From: an uncultured Nitrospiraceae bacterium
GTDB lineage: Bacteria; Nitrospirota; Nitrospiria; Nitrospirales; Nitrospiraceae
Direction of reading: 5' to 3'
NCBI GenBank assembly: GCA_963730935.1
Contig: CAVSTP010000004.1
Span: forward strand, 1,664,001-1,728,000
DNA: 64,000 bases
The position numbers were made by a program, and so were the translations under genes. Of the stretch, positions 42,649 to 51,587 are shown piece by piece. Every line of letters starts with the position of its first letter. Position 1 is the first letter of the stretch. Under the pieces are notes generated by a model, which saw only the letters and a program-made list of their open reading frames with translations, had not been told where the DNA came from and searched no databases.

Positions 42649-43818
42649 TCAGGCCGCCATCCGCTTGTGAACGATCTCGACCAACTCCTGCATCCGAATC
42701 CGATACGTATGGTCGCGGAACGTACGGGTCTGTCCGGCGCGCGCCATAGTTCGACGGTCGTCTTCATGATCCAAGTAATGTCGGATCATCTGCGCGCAGT
42801 CCTCCACTGTCCGGTAGGCTGCCACTTCGCGTCCCACATCGAACAGATCTTGCAAATTCGCTTTCCAATCCGTCAGCAACATGGCCCCTGCGCCGGTCGC
42901 TTCGAACAGGCGGCAGTTGTTCGCATAAGGAGCCACGTCACCGTGATGATTCAGCGTAATCTGCGAACGCAGGAGAATGTCGTACATCTCGTTCCCCCAA
43001 ACGACGCCCATATGACGCCCGCGAAGCGGCGATGACGTGTCCAGCAGATCGGCCCCCGGCCCCCAGATCCGCAGTTCCGGCACAAGGACGCACAGCTGTT
43101 CGAGCCATTCGATCCGGCTCCGGTGAACGGCGGACAGGCTGCCGACAAACGTGACCGGATAAGAGCGTTCCTGCTCCGCCTTCGGCAGGAGCACTTCCGG
43201 GTCGAAACCCAACCGATGGAGGACGGCCGGAATGCCTTTGCGCTGGAAGAATTCCACCGTCGGAGGAAACGACGAGACGACGAGATCGTAGCAACTGTAG
43301 TCGCCGTGATCCGGCAGCGACGTCGCCGCGTGCTGGCCGACCAACAGCCGCACCCGGGGCTTGATCCCCTTCAGCCATCGGCTGTCGATGCCGTCCATGG
43401 CTTGGTTCAGGAACACGTCGGGTCGATGCTGCTCCACTTGCGCGGCGAGAATGCGGCAGCCTTCGTCGTCCTGTCCAAACCAGGAGCGCATCAGCGGCCT
43501 TGCGTGCCGGATGATCGGACGGTCGGTCTCCTGCCAGAGCCGGTCAATCAACCGGTCGAACGCCGCTCTCTTTTGGGATTTCATGGCCCCGAACTCCTTG
43601 ACCCAGACGCGCTGCATGGCAATGTTGTTCACGTAGACATCCAAGGCCTCGTGTCCAACCGCGCGCAGATTTCGCGAGTAGAAGTCCGCGACGCCGAAGC
43701 GGGTGGCGTAGCGAATTCGGAGCTGCTCTGCAAATGATTGTTCCGACAACCCGGGTTGGCGCGCATAGAGCTCGTTCAGAAATTGCGAGTAGTCAGTATT
43801 GGCGATGAGAAATTTCAC
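42649..43818 (-). CDS. CgeB-family glycosyltransferase
   Basis: TFVGS, IWG, SQITLN, NCRLFEATGAGAMLLTD, DHTYRIRM; GTG start overlapping the upstream stop. Confidence 0.82.
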   Translation of the reverse strand: MKFLIANTDYSQFLNELYARQPGLSEQSFAEQLRIRYATRFGVADFYSRNLRAVGHEALDVYVNNIAMQRVWVKEFGAMKSQKRAAFDRLIDRLWQETDRPIIRHARPLMRSWFGQDDEGCRILAAQVEQHRPDVFLNQAMDGIDSRWLKGIKPRVRLLVGQHAATSLPDHGDYSCYDLVVSSFPPTVEFFQRKGIPAVLHRLGFDPEVLLPKAEQERSYPVTFVGSLSAVHRSRIEWLEQLCVLVPELRIWGPGADLLDTSSPLRGRHMGVVWGNEMYDILLRSQITLNHHGDVAPYANNCRLFEATGAGAMLLTDWKANLQDLFDVGREVAAYRTVEDCAQMIRHYLDHEDDRRTMARAGQTRTFRDHTYRIRMQELVEIVHKRMAA

Positions 43819-44732
43819 GAGACCCTTACCGTTCTGTTTCCCTTCAGCCAGATCCGGCTGCATACCTGGAGGGGAAAGCCCACGACCGTTTTGCCGACGG
43901 TATCCAACAGCAGTCCGACGCCATGCGACAGGCTATTTCGCCATTTGTGACCAGGCTCCGAGCAGAGCCAGACATAGTTGAGGTAGTAGCGAAGATTGGC
44001 TGTGGATTTCCTTGAACAGAGCAGGCGGATGCACTCCGCCACAGAGATTCTCGTTCGATCGGGTGGATAGAGGCCGGTGATCCGGAGTTTGGCATAGACC
44101 TTTGCGCGATGTGAGACGACGAGCCTGAAGCCGGCGCGTCTCGCCCTGATACTGAACTCGTAATCGGCGCCGTAATGAGGCAGGTGTCGGCGGTCGAACG
44201 TGCCGATGCGCCGGAAGACTTCGAGAGGCACCAGGGTGCCGCGGCCCGGCAGCACATCGACCTGATCATCGTAGTCGGATTGCCTGATGGTCGAGACATC
44301 TGTTTGCTCCGTAATGCGAAGCCGGCGGTCGAGCCTGAGACCGGCGACCATGCGGTCCCGGCGCTCGTCGTCCACGATCGTCGAGCCGACGATCGCACGG
44401 CCCAGAGACTGACTACACGTGACGAGCTCGCCGACATAGCCCTCATCCACCGAGACGTCGTTGTTGAGGAGCAAGAGGTAATCCCCCTCCTGCGCCCTTT
44501 CCAGGACATCCGCCACTCCGAGGACGTTGGCGCCGGTCCACCACAGATCACCATCGCCTTGCAGTACTCGCACGCGGGGAAACCGCCGACGCACTTCGTC
44601 GCCCGTGCCGTCCGTCGAGCCGTCATCCACCAACAGCACATTGAGGTCGCCGTACCGCTGCCGTTCCAGACACCGGAGGACTTCGAGCACTTCCGGTTTA
44701 TTATTGTGCGCAGGAATCAACGCGTGGACCAT
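43815..44732 (-). CDS. Glycosyltransferase family 2
   Basis: LIPAHN, VDDGSTDGT, GDLWW, LLLNND, YGADYEFS. Confidence 0.9.
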   Translation of the reverse strand: MVHALIPAHNNKPEVLEVLRCLERQRYGDLNVLLVDDGSTDGTGDEVRRRFPRVRVLQGDGDLWWTGANVLGVADVLERAQEGDYLLLLNNDVSVDEGYVGELVTCSQSLGRAIVGSTIVDDERRDRMVAGLRLDRRLRITEQTDVSTIRQSDYDDQVDVLPGRGTLVPLEVFRRIGTFDRRHLPHYGADYEFSIRARRAGFRLVVSHRAKVYAKLRITGLYPPDRTRISVAECIRLLCSRKSTANLRYYLNYVWLCSEPGHKWRNSLSHGVGLLLDTVGKTVVGFPLQVCSRIWLKGNRTVRVS

Positions 44733-45775
44733 CGGACTGCCCTGCTGGAATGATCATGGGCCGTTGTCGAGCCGTGCAGTTGTTGATCGGAGAATTCCAG
44801 TCTTCGCACCGGCACATGGAGTCCCATCCACCCCAGCACACGGCCGGTCTCGAGCGCGACGGGGCCAAGCTGCTCGACCATCCACCAGCGGTAGTCCGTA
44901 AAACCCTTGCGCTGGTCGAGAGCTGACCGCATAAGGCCTCGGATAGCCGTGACGCCGGCACGCACACGCGAGATCCGGTCCCTGAACGAGGTTGGAGCAT
45001 CCAGCCGGGAGGCCACCTGCCCGGCGACGAACCAGCGGCTCAAATGATATCGGGGAGTCATTTTTCGGCTACTCACGGCGTGGTACACGATCAATTCCGG
45101 TGCATAGAGGAGGATCGCCTGCTCTCCCAGCCTGTCCCAGATCTCGTTGAACAGCACGGTTTCTTCTCCCATCGAGACGCGCGTGCCCCGCATGCCGACG
45201 CTCACGTCGAATCCGCCCAATTGCTGCAGAATATTCTTCGTGAACATCATGTTCGAACCGGAGAACGACTCTCCTGCCGAGAGATGGCGTGCTCCCTGTC
45301 CCCACGTCCGCACTTCATATTCGTCCTTGTACCAGTCAGGTTTCGGGCTCAGGTACCAGGGGCGGATTTGGCCGCCGACGGCCACGGGAGCCGGCCGACT
45401 TTTCTCAAACCGGTCCAACGCCCGTTCCAGCCATTGGGCATCGGCCCTCGCGTCATCATCCATGAACGCGACATACTCTCCTCGTGATGCCTGCCACCCT
45501 CTGTTCCGTGCATACCCCAAGCCCAACACCGCTTCATCCACCAACCGGATCGAGCACCGCCGTTGATCGGCCTGATACTCTCGAACCGCCGCCGGCGTTT
45601 CGTCCGTCGAGCCGTTGTTGACGACGATGACTTCATACTTGGTGCGTGCGAGCGTCTGAGCAGCGAGACTGTCCAACGCCTGACGCAGTAACGCCGCCCG
45701 ATTGTGCGTACACACGACGACGGAGATGATCGGTCCCGTGTTCATGCTGGGTTCCAGCGCCATCCGACTCGCCAC
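44717..45775 (-). CDS. Glycosyltransferase family 2 (start may be 45745)
   Basis: SVVVCTHNRA, VNNGSTD, ARNRG, FMDDDA, GGFD, GEE. Confidence 0.9.
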   Translation of the reverse strand: MASRMALEPSMNTGPIISVVVCTHNRAALLRQALDSLAAQTLARTKYEVIVVNNGSTDETPAAVREYQADQRRCSIRLVDEAVLGLGYARNRGWQASRGEYVAFMDDDARADAQWLERALDRFEKSRPAPVAVGGQIRPWYLSPKPDWYKDEYEVRTWGQGARHLSAGESFSGSNMMFTKNILQQLGGFDVSVGMRGTRVSMGEETVLFNEIWDRLGEQAILLYAPELIVYHAVSSRKMTPRYHLSRWFVAGQVASRLDAPTSFRDRISRVRAGVTAIRGLMRSALDQRKGFTDYRWWMVEQLGPVALETGRVLGWMGLHVPVRRLEFSDQQLHGSTTAHDHSSRAVRWSTR

Positions 45776-46783
45776 TCACAGGCCGAGCAGCGCGAGTCCA
45801 CGCAAGGCCCGCCCGCGAAGGTTCTCTGTCCAGCCAAGCTCAACGACGCCGCTCAACGAAGAATTCCAGAACCGCCGTCCCAGCTTCGGCGCCACCGACC
45901 GACAAATGGCCATCCACCGTTCTCCGACGACGGTTGAAAATTCCGGTTCAGGATAAGAGGCATGGGTCCGGTTGGACTGCCTAAGCAGACACAACCAGGT
46001 TTCGGCGTCTTCCAGGAACGATTCTGTCCGCGGCCAGGACCACGTGCTGATGGCCTCGTGAACTGCCGATTGCTCGTCGGTCGGCCTGATACCGAGTCCC
46101 TCCAGCTGCCGCCTTCTGATCGCTGCGGCCCACCGCTGCTGGCCGTTCGCATCCCGCCTGCCGACCTGACCGGCGTGCAGTCGCCGGACCAACAGCACCT
46201 CGGGCAGGTTGGCCAGCGACAAGTCCTCCACCGCCCGGCACCACAAGTCATAATCTTGCGCACAGGGATAGGAAGAATCATAGGACAATCGCGCTTTCTG
46301 CAGGCGGATACGATCGAACATGACGGTCGGATGCGCCATGGCGCAGTCAAACAAGAGGCGCGCATGAATGGCTTTATGCGATGTGGGGTATTCCCAGCGC
46401 TGGCTCACGCCGTCTCCTGCGACATCCACCCAGGTTCCGCAAGCGCCGACATAGGCATGAGCCTTCATGAACTTGATCTGACGGGCCAATCGATCCGGCA
46501 GGCTCACGTCGTCGGCGTCCATCCGCGCGATGTAGCGGCCTGAGGCCAGCGCGAATCCCTCATTCAAACGAGTGGCTAACCCGGCGTTTTCGGTATGTCT
46601 GACCACGCGAAGCCGCGTGTCGCGATAGGAGGCGATGGTGTCGGCGCTGTCGTCGCTCGATCCATCATCGATGACGATAAATTCGAAGTCAGAATGGCTC
46701 TGGCCCAGGATGCTCTCGATGGCTTGGGCGAGGAACGCGCCGCCGTTACAGACGGACATGACGACAGAGACGTCGGGGCTCAT
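45776..46783 (-). CDS. Glycosyltransferase family 2
   Basis: VSVVMSV, IDDGSSD, ARMDADDVS, HPTVM, QDYDLW. Confidence 0.92.
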   Translation of the reverse strand: MSPDVSVVMSVCNGGAFLAQAIESILGQSHSDFEFIVIDDGSSDDSADTIASYRDTRLRVVRHTENAGLATRLNEGFALASGRYIARMDADDVSLPDRLARQIKFMKAHAYVGACGTWVDVAGDGVSQRWEYPTSHKAIHARLLFDCAMAHPTVMFDRIRLQKARLSYDSSYPCAQDYDLWCRAVEDLSLANLPEVLLVRRLHAGQVGRRDANGQQRWAAAIRRRQLEGLGIRPTDEQSAVHEAISTWSWPRTESFLEDAETWLCLLRQSNRTHASYPEPEFSTVVGERWMAICRSVAPKLGRRFWNSSLSGVVELGWTENLRGRALRGLALLGL

Positions 46784-47541
46784 GTCGCACACACCTCGGC
46801 CCAGATTTCGCCCCAGCGGACTTCCTGGTGCACAATCCGACACCCCGCGGTCGTCATTTCTTCAAGGAATGACTCGAGCGTGTATTCGGTTTCATGGGTC
46901 GCATCGAGCCGCCACTCCACCCCGAGCTCACGCTTCAGCGGCACCTGCCAATCCCGCTCGAAGAGCGGAACACGGATCAGCATTTTGGAAGGCCGCGCGG
47001 CTTGCTGCAGACGCCGCAGAAAGGCGGACCGTTCGGGAAGGTGCTCGAGGATGTTCGAAAGAACGACGACGTCGAACCGGCCGTCCTGGTTGTCGCGGAG
47101 ACCATCCTGGACGCGGTATTCGACGCGCGGATGCTGATATCGCTTGCGCGCCGTCTCAATGTTCTCGGTGCTGAGGTCGACGCCCACGACCCAGGCGCCC
47201 GATCGTTCGGCGATATCGAAGGCGACGGCGCCGATGCCGCAGCCCACATCCAGCACCCGTTCGCCCTGTCTCACTCTTTTGATAAAGAAGTCGTGGTAGC
47301 GGGTGTGCCGGTGCTTGGTATGGGTTCCGCCGCCATATTCCACCGCCTTGCGTCCGAGCACCGGATACAAGGCCGCCTGCACCCTGAATAACAGGCGCAA
47401 GGCTTCGTCGGCGGGAAGCGTGCGGATCCTTCTTGTCACGATGTCCACGGTTAGTGTTTCGAATTGAGGCAGGCAAAGCCGATCGGCCCCGTAGCCGAGG
47501 ATTCGGGACAGCCATCCGCCCATGCGGCAGTTCACTGGCAT
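46780..47541 (-). CDS. Class I SAM-dependent methyltransferase
   Basis: VLDVGCGIG, GVDLS, FDVVVLSNILEHL. Confidence 0.85.
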   Translation of the reverse strand: MPVNCRMGGWLSRILGYGADRLCLPQFETLTVDIVTRRIRTLPADEALRLLFRVQAALYPVLGRKAVEYGGGTHTKHRHTRYHDFFIKRVRQGERVLDVGCGIGAVAFDIAERSGAWVVGVDLSTENIETARKRYQHPRVEYRVQDGLRDNQDGRFDVVVLSNILEHLPERSAFLRRLQQAARPSKMLIRVPLFERDWQVPLKRELGVEWRLDATHETEYTLESFLEEMTTAGCRIVHQEVRWGEIWAEVCAT

Positions 47542-47665
47542 CTCCCACGCCCTTCCGGTCGGGCCATGACTGATTCAACGCGGCTGGTCAACGCACCAGC
47601 CGGATGACCCACAACCGTAACTTCCTCAACAAGTAATGTGAAGTACCTGCGCGCGCTCACAGCGT

Positions 47666-49531
47666 TCACCTTATCTGGCTGAAGATTGGGAGGGCAAAAA
47701 CCTTCCGTCCGACATACCGGGCTCCATGTTTTGTTAAGTGCCCGCCATCAGGGGAAATGAGTTTTCCATCTTCTGTAAAAATTGGGCAGGTGGAAGCCCC
47801 TTCGCCACAAAGAAGGCCGAGCACATCAATAAAATGGTAGTTTCGTAAGCCTTCTTTCATTCTTTCATTGATCGTTAGAAAACTCTTGTCTATCGCGTTT
47901 CCAACTTTGGCGCGCTCATGAAGTGTTGTCCCAACGTAGGCAGTGGGATGTATTTTCCCAAAATGCTTATGACCGAAGATGATGAGTGTGGATCCTTCAG
48001 GAAGCGACAGTTGCTCAATCGTTCGTGGCAATCTGTCCACGGCCCAGTCTTTCCAGCGGGAAGCAAGAATCACCACCTGCGCTTGCGATGCGAGTCGCTT
48101 CAGCGGGGTAGCAAAATCCTCGCTGCAAAGTTTCTGGTCACCCTTGTCGATAAATTGGGACACATCGTCATCACCCAAGTAAATTTGGCATCGGTACGGT
48201 ATATACAGCGTTCGTATCTCGTAATCATGAAACACACCCGCCTCAGCGACCATGTTCACGACATCCATTGAGAAACTATCACCAATGATGGCCAATCGTT
48301 TGGTCGTATTCCCGACAAACCCCTCACTTCCTCGCAACAATTTATGCCGCTCGTTGATGTATGCCGTGCTTTCAGTGGGAGAGACGAATAACTCCCGATC
48401 GCTGGGCGCAAATCTATCCGGGAACCCGGCATGCGTGATACCGAGCCCTCCTACTGCAATCATCAAACTGCTCAGGAACATCCCGGAAGCGAAAACGGTG
48501 GTTCGACTGACTTGGTCCTTGGCTCTGAAGGGACGTTCAACGATCCGCCAACTGACATAACCAAGCACAACCGCCGCTACGATGAGCCCCGCAAGAAGCC
48601 CGTCACCCGGCTGCTCGGCATTGCGCAAGCGTGCAAATGCCAACAATGGCTGATGCCACAAATAAGTGCTGTAACTAATCAGTCCAAGCCCCACGAAGGC
48701 CTTGTTGGCTAGTAATCGGCCGACGACCGTCCTTGGCGTGGTGAACAGGATGATCGAGGCCGCCCCAATTGTCGGGGACAGCGTATAGAGGCTCGGATAT
48801 GGCGTGCCCTTATCAAATGTCCCAACAGCGTAGATGATCAGCGCCAGCCCGAGCGCAGAACCGATGTGCTGCATGCTGACAGAGAAGTCTCTTCCCGCTC
48901 GCGACCGTTGGTAAAACGCTGCGAACGCTCCGACCAATAATTCCCAGACGCGGCCGTTTGTGTCATAGAAGCTTTTCTCATGACTACCTACCGCTTGCCA
49001 TTCCGCATAGGCCAAACTCCCTAAGGCGATGACTCCCAATGTTGCCACAAACCACTTCTTCCCGAAGCCCCAACTGAGGATCAACAACGGCCACACCAGA
49101 TAGTATTGTTCTTCCACCGCCAAGCTCCATGTGTGCAAGAGCGGCTTTTCCTCCGCATCCGCAGCAAAGTAACCCGTATCCGTTCCAAAATAGATGTTGG
49201 AGACAAACAGAGAAGTCCACACCAGGCTCTTCGACCAATCCGTCAGTTGGTCCGGCATCATCCACAACCACGCGAAAGGCACACACGCCAACATGACGCA
49301 CAACAGCGGCGGCAAAATTCTTCTGGCTCTCCGCTCATAAAAATGAACGAGGGAAAATGCACCTTGTTCTCGTTCAGCCACAATGAGGGAGGTGATGAGG
49401 TACCCGCTAATGACGAAAAACACATCTACCCCCACAAAACCGCCGGCGAACCATTTGTACCCTGCGTGAAATAGCACCACGGGAATGAGTGCGATAGCCC
49501 GTAAACCATCTATCTCCCTCCTGTAATTCAT
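47666..49531 (-). CDS. O-acyltransferase (AT3 + SGNH, OafA-like)
   Basis: YRREIDGLRAIA, GGFVGVDVFFVISGYLI, HTWSLAVEEQYY, SYSTYLWH; SGNH GDSF and DGGH. Confidence 0.92.
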   Translation of the reverse strand: MNYRREIDGLRAIALIPVVLFHAGYKWFAGGFVGVDVFFVISGYLITSLIVAEREQGAFSLVHFYERRARRILPPLLCVMLACVPFAWLWMMPDQLTDWSKSLVWTSLFVSNIYFGTDTGYFAADAEEKPLLHTWSLAVEEQYYLVWPLLILSWGFGKKWFVATLGVIALGSLAYAEWQAVGSHEKSFYDTNGRVWELLVGAFAAFYQRSRAGRDFSVSMQHIGSALGLALIIYAVGTFDKGTPYPSLYTLSPTIGAASIILFTTPRTVVGRLLANKAFVGLGLISYSTYLWHQPLLAFARLRNAEQPGDGLLAGLIVAAVVLGYVSWRIVERPFRAKDQVSRTTVFASGMFLSSLMIAVGGLGITHAGFPDRFAPSDRELFVSPTESTAYINERHKLLRGSEGFVGNTTKRLAIIGDSFSMDVVNMVAEAGVFHDYEIRTLYIPYRCQIYLGDDDVSQFIDKGDQKLCSEDFATPLKRLASQAQVVILASRWKDWAVDRLPRTIEQLSLPEGSTLIIFGHKHFGKIHPTAYVGTTLHERAKVGNAIDKSFLTINERMKEGLRNYHFIDVLGLLCGEGASTCPIFTEDGKLISPDGGHLTKHGARYVGRKVFALPIFSQIR

Positions 49532-50670
49532 CTGATTTGCTTCGACGAGTTGCAGAGCTCATCGAGCAGACTCACTTCGAGATCCAGAATCTTTTCAAGC
49601 GAAAACCGCTCCGCGACGTACTCACGGGCGGCCAAGCCCATCCTGCACCGGAGCGTCCGATCAGCAAGAACCTGACTGATGGCGGAGCGGAGGCCGCCTG
49701 GGGAGCAATCACTCAAGTATCCGGTTTCTCGATGGCGGATTAGTTGACGAATCCCCGGAACATTGGTTCCAATGACCGGAACTCCGCAGGCCATCGCTTC
49801 CAGCAATGCCTTGGGATGGCCTTCGATCAATGACGGCATGACGAACACCGTCGCGCTGTTGAACAATCTGGGCAGTTCATGATTCGGAAGATTGCCCAAA
49901 AATTTCACCGGCAGGCGCCGTTCCGCTGCTTCATGGGCCAGTCCCTCCGCGAGCGAACCCCTCCCCACCATCACCAACTCCGCATCCATTCCCTCCAGGG
50001 CCTCAAACAGCGCACGAGGGTTCTTCTCTTCGTCCAAGCGGCCGACATAGAGCAATCGGTTCGGGCGCCGATCTTCCGACGGCGCAGGAGCGAAGAGCTC
50101 CGTATCGACATAGTTCGGAATCACGCGCAGACGTTCGGGTCGCACCTGATAACGATGGAGAATTTTCTCGCGGATCGCGGCTGTGGTGACGACGACGCGG
50201 TCGGCTTGGGAGAACACCAGACGTTCCAACCCCTCTGCCTGTTTCGCTTGCGGTGAATCGGCGCCATGTGCGCGCTCGATGTTGTCCGAGGGGAGATAGC
50301 CGCAGCGCGCGATGAAGGGTTTGTTTCTGAGCCGCGCGGCCGCCAAGGCAATGTCTGCCCCCTGCACTTGGTTGCTTTTGACTACCACCGGCCCGGTCCA
50401 GGACCACGGCAGCACCTTTACGAGATACCGCTCATAGCGCCCTCCTGAGAGGCGCCACCGATTGGACTGAACTCGAATTCCGCCCAACCGCTCTGCATAG
50501 CCCCGGTCATTATCGCCGTACGTCACGAACGTGATCCGCCGGAGCACCGATGCAAGCCGGCGGTAGAGCGCCGCCTCACGGTTCAGAATGCCGATCTCGT
50601 CCCAGACCCGAAGCGAGAGGCCTCGGGTAAAGAACAACACCAGCCGCACATTCGCGAGCCCATCACCCAT
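49528..50670 (-). CDS. Glycosyltransferase family 4
   Basis: IPNYVD, LYVGRL..EKN, PSLIEGHPKALLEAMACGVPVI. Confidence 0.9.
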   Translation of the reverse strand: MGDGLANVRLVLFFTRGLSLRVWDEIGILNREAALYRRLASVLRRITFVTYGDNDRGYAERLGGIRVQSNRWRLSGGRYERYLVKVLPWSWTGPVVVKSNQVQGADIALAAARLRNKPFIARCGYLPSDNIERAHGADSPQAKQAEGLERLVFSQADRVVVTTAAIREKILHRYQVRPERLRVIPNYVDTELFAPAPSEDRRPNRLLYVGRLDEEKNPRALFEALEGMDAELVMVGRGSLAEGLAHEAAERRLPVKFLGNLPNHELPRLFNSATVFVMPSLIEGHPKALLEAMACGVPVIGTNVPGIRQLIRHRETGYLSDCSPGGLRSAISQVLADRTLRCRMGLAAREYVAERFSLEKILDLEVSLLDELCNSSKQIR

Positions 50671-50795
50671 AGGATTCCTTTTCCAGGACGACCCAGAGCG
50701 TTCGGGCACAGAGGTTGTCGACCCTGAACGAGAGCCACCGCAGAAGCTTTCTGTCCCAGGTTCGACAGTCAGTGCGGTACGTCATACGTGATTCC

Positions 50796-51587
50796 TCAGT
50801 TCGGTTTCTTCAGAACCAGTCCGTGTTGGCCTCCATACAAAGCCGTTCCATCCGGCACTCTCCGGCGTGAAACCAGCGTGCGCATCACGTCGAAGCCTAT
50901 CGAGCGGGCCAGCGATTTGCTCTGACGAAGCGAGACTCTGAGATTGGTGCTGTTCACCGATGCTGGCAGTTCCTCGTATCCCTGGCGTATCAGCAGCGGC
51001 TCGACGAGCCTGTCCAGGGTGTACAGGAGCCGTGATGAGCGATTGAAAGACCAACGATATCGCCGTGCGAAATAGAGCGCCGCCAGGCCGCCGGGCTTGA
51101 GCACCCGGAATGTCTCTTCGAAGTAGCGTTTGAAGACCGCATATGTCTCCACATGTTGAAGCACGATGAACGAATACACGCAGTCGATCTGTCCAGATCC
51201 TACGGGCAACTGCGCGCCTTCAGTCTTCATGAGCTGCGCATTGCGCACTCCCCGCTCCCGCAGCGCAGCCTGCACCTTGTCGTTTTCATCATGGATGTCG
51301 ACGCCGATGACGAATTGAAAGGATCGGCTCGCCGAGGCAAGCAGCCTGCCTCCCCCATGCCCGATTTCCAACGCCGTCCTCATCTCCGGCCCTTTGAGAT
51401 AGGGCGCAAGAGGGTGAGCGATGTGCCACAGAAAATCCCAGCTGCCGCGGACGAACGACGCCTCCTTGTTATCAGTGTGATCGAACCAGCCGAAAAATGC
51501 GTCCTCATCCTGACCCGCCGCGTGCGTAATGGCTTCACGGAATCCCACCACATGCCCGCGCCGTTCAATCGATTCAGCCTGCCCCAT
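50796..51587 (-). CDS. Class I SAM-dependent methyltransferase
   Basis: LEIGHGGGR, GVDI, YSFIVLQH, RVLKPGG. Confidence 0.82.
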   Translation of the reverse strand: MGQAESIERRGHVVGFREAITHAAGQDEDAFFGWFDHTDNKEASFVRGSWDFLWHIAHPLAPYLKGPEMRTALEIGHGGGRLLASASRSFQFVIGVDIHDENDKVQAALRERGVRNAQLMKTEGAQLPVGSGQIDCVYSFIVLQHVETYAVFKRYFEETFRVLKPGGLAALYFARRYRWSFNRSSRLLYTLDRLVEPLLIRQGYEELPASVNSTNLRVSLRQSKSLARSIGFDVMRTLVSRRRVPDGTALYGGQHGLVLKKPN

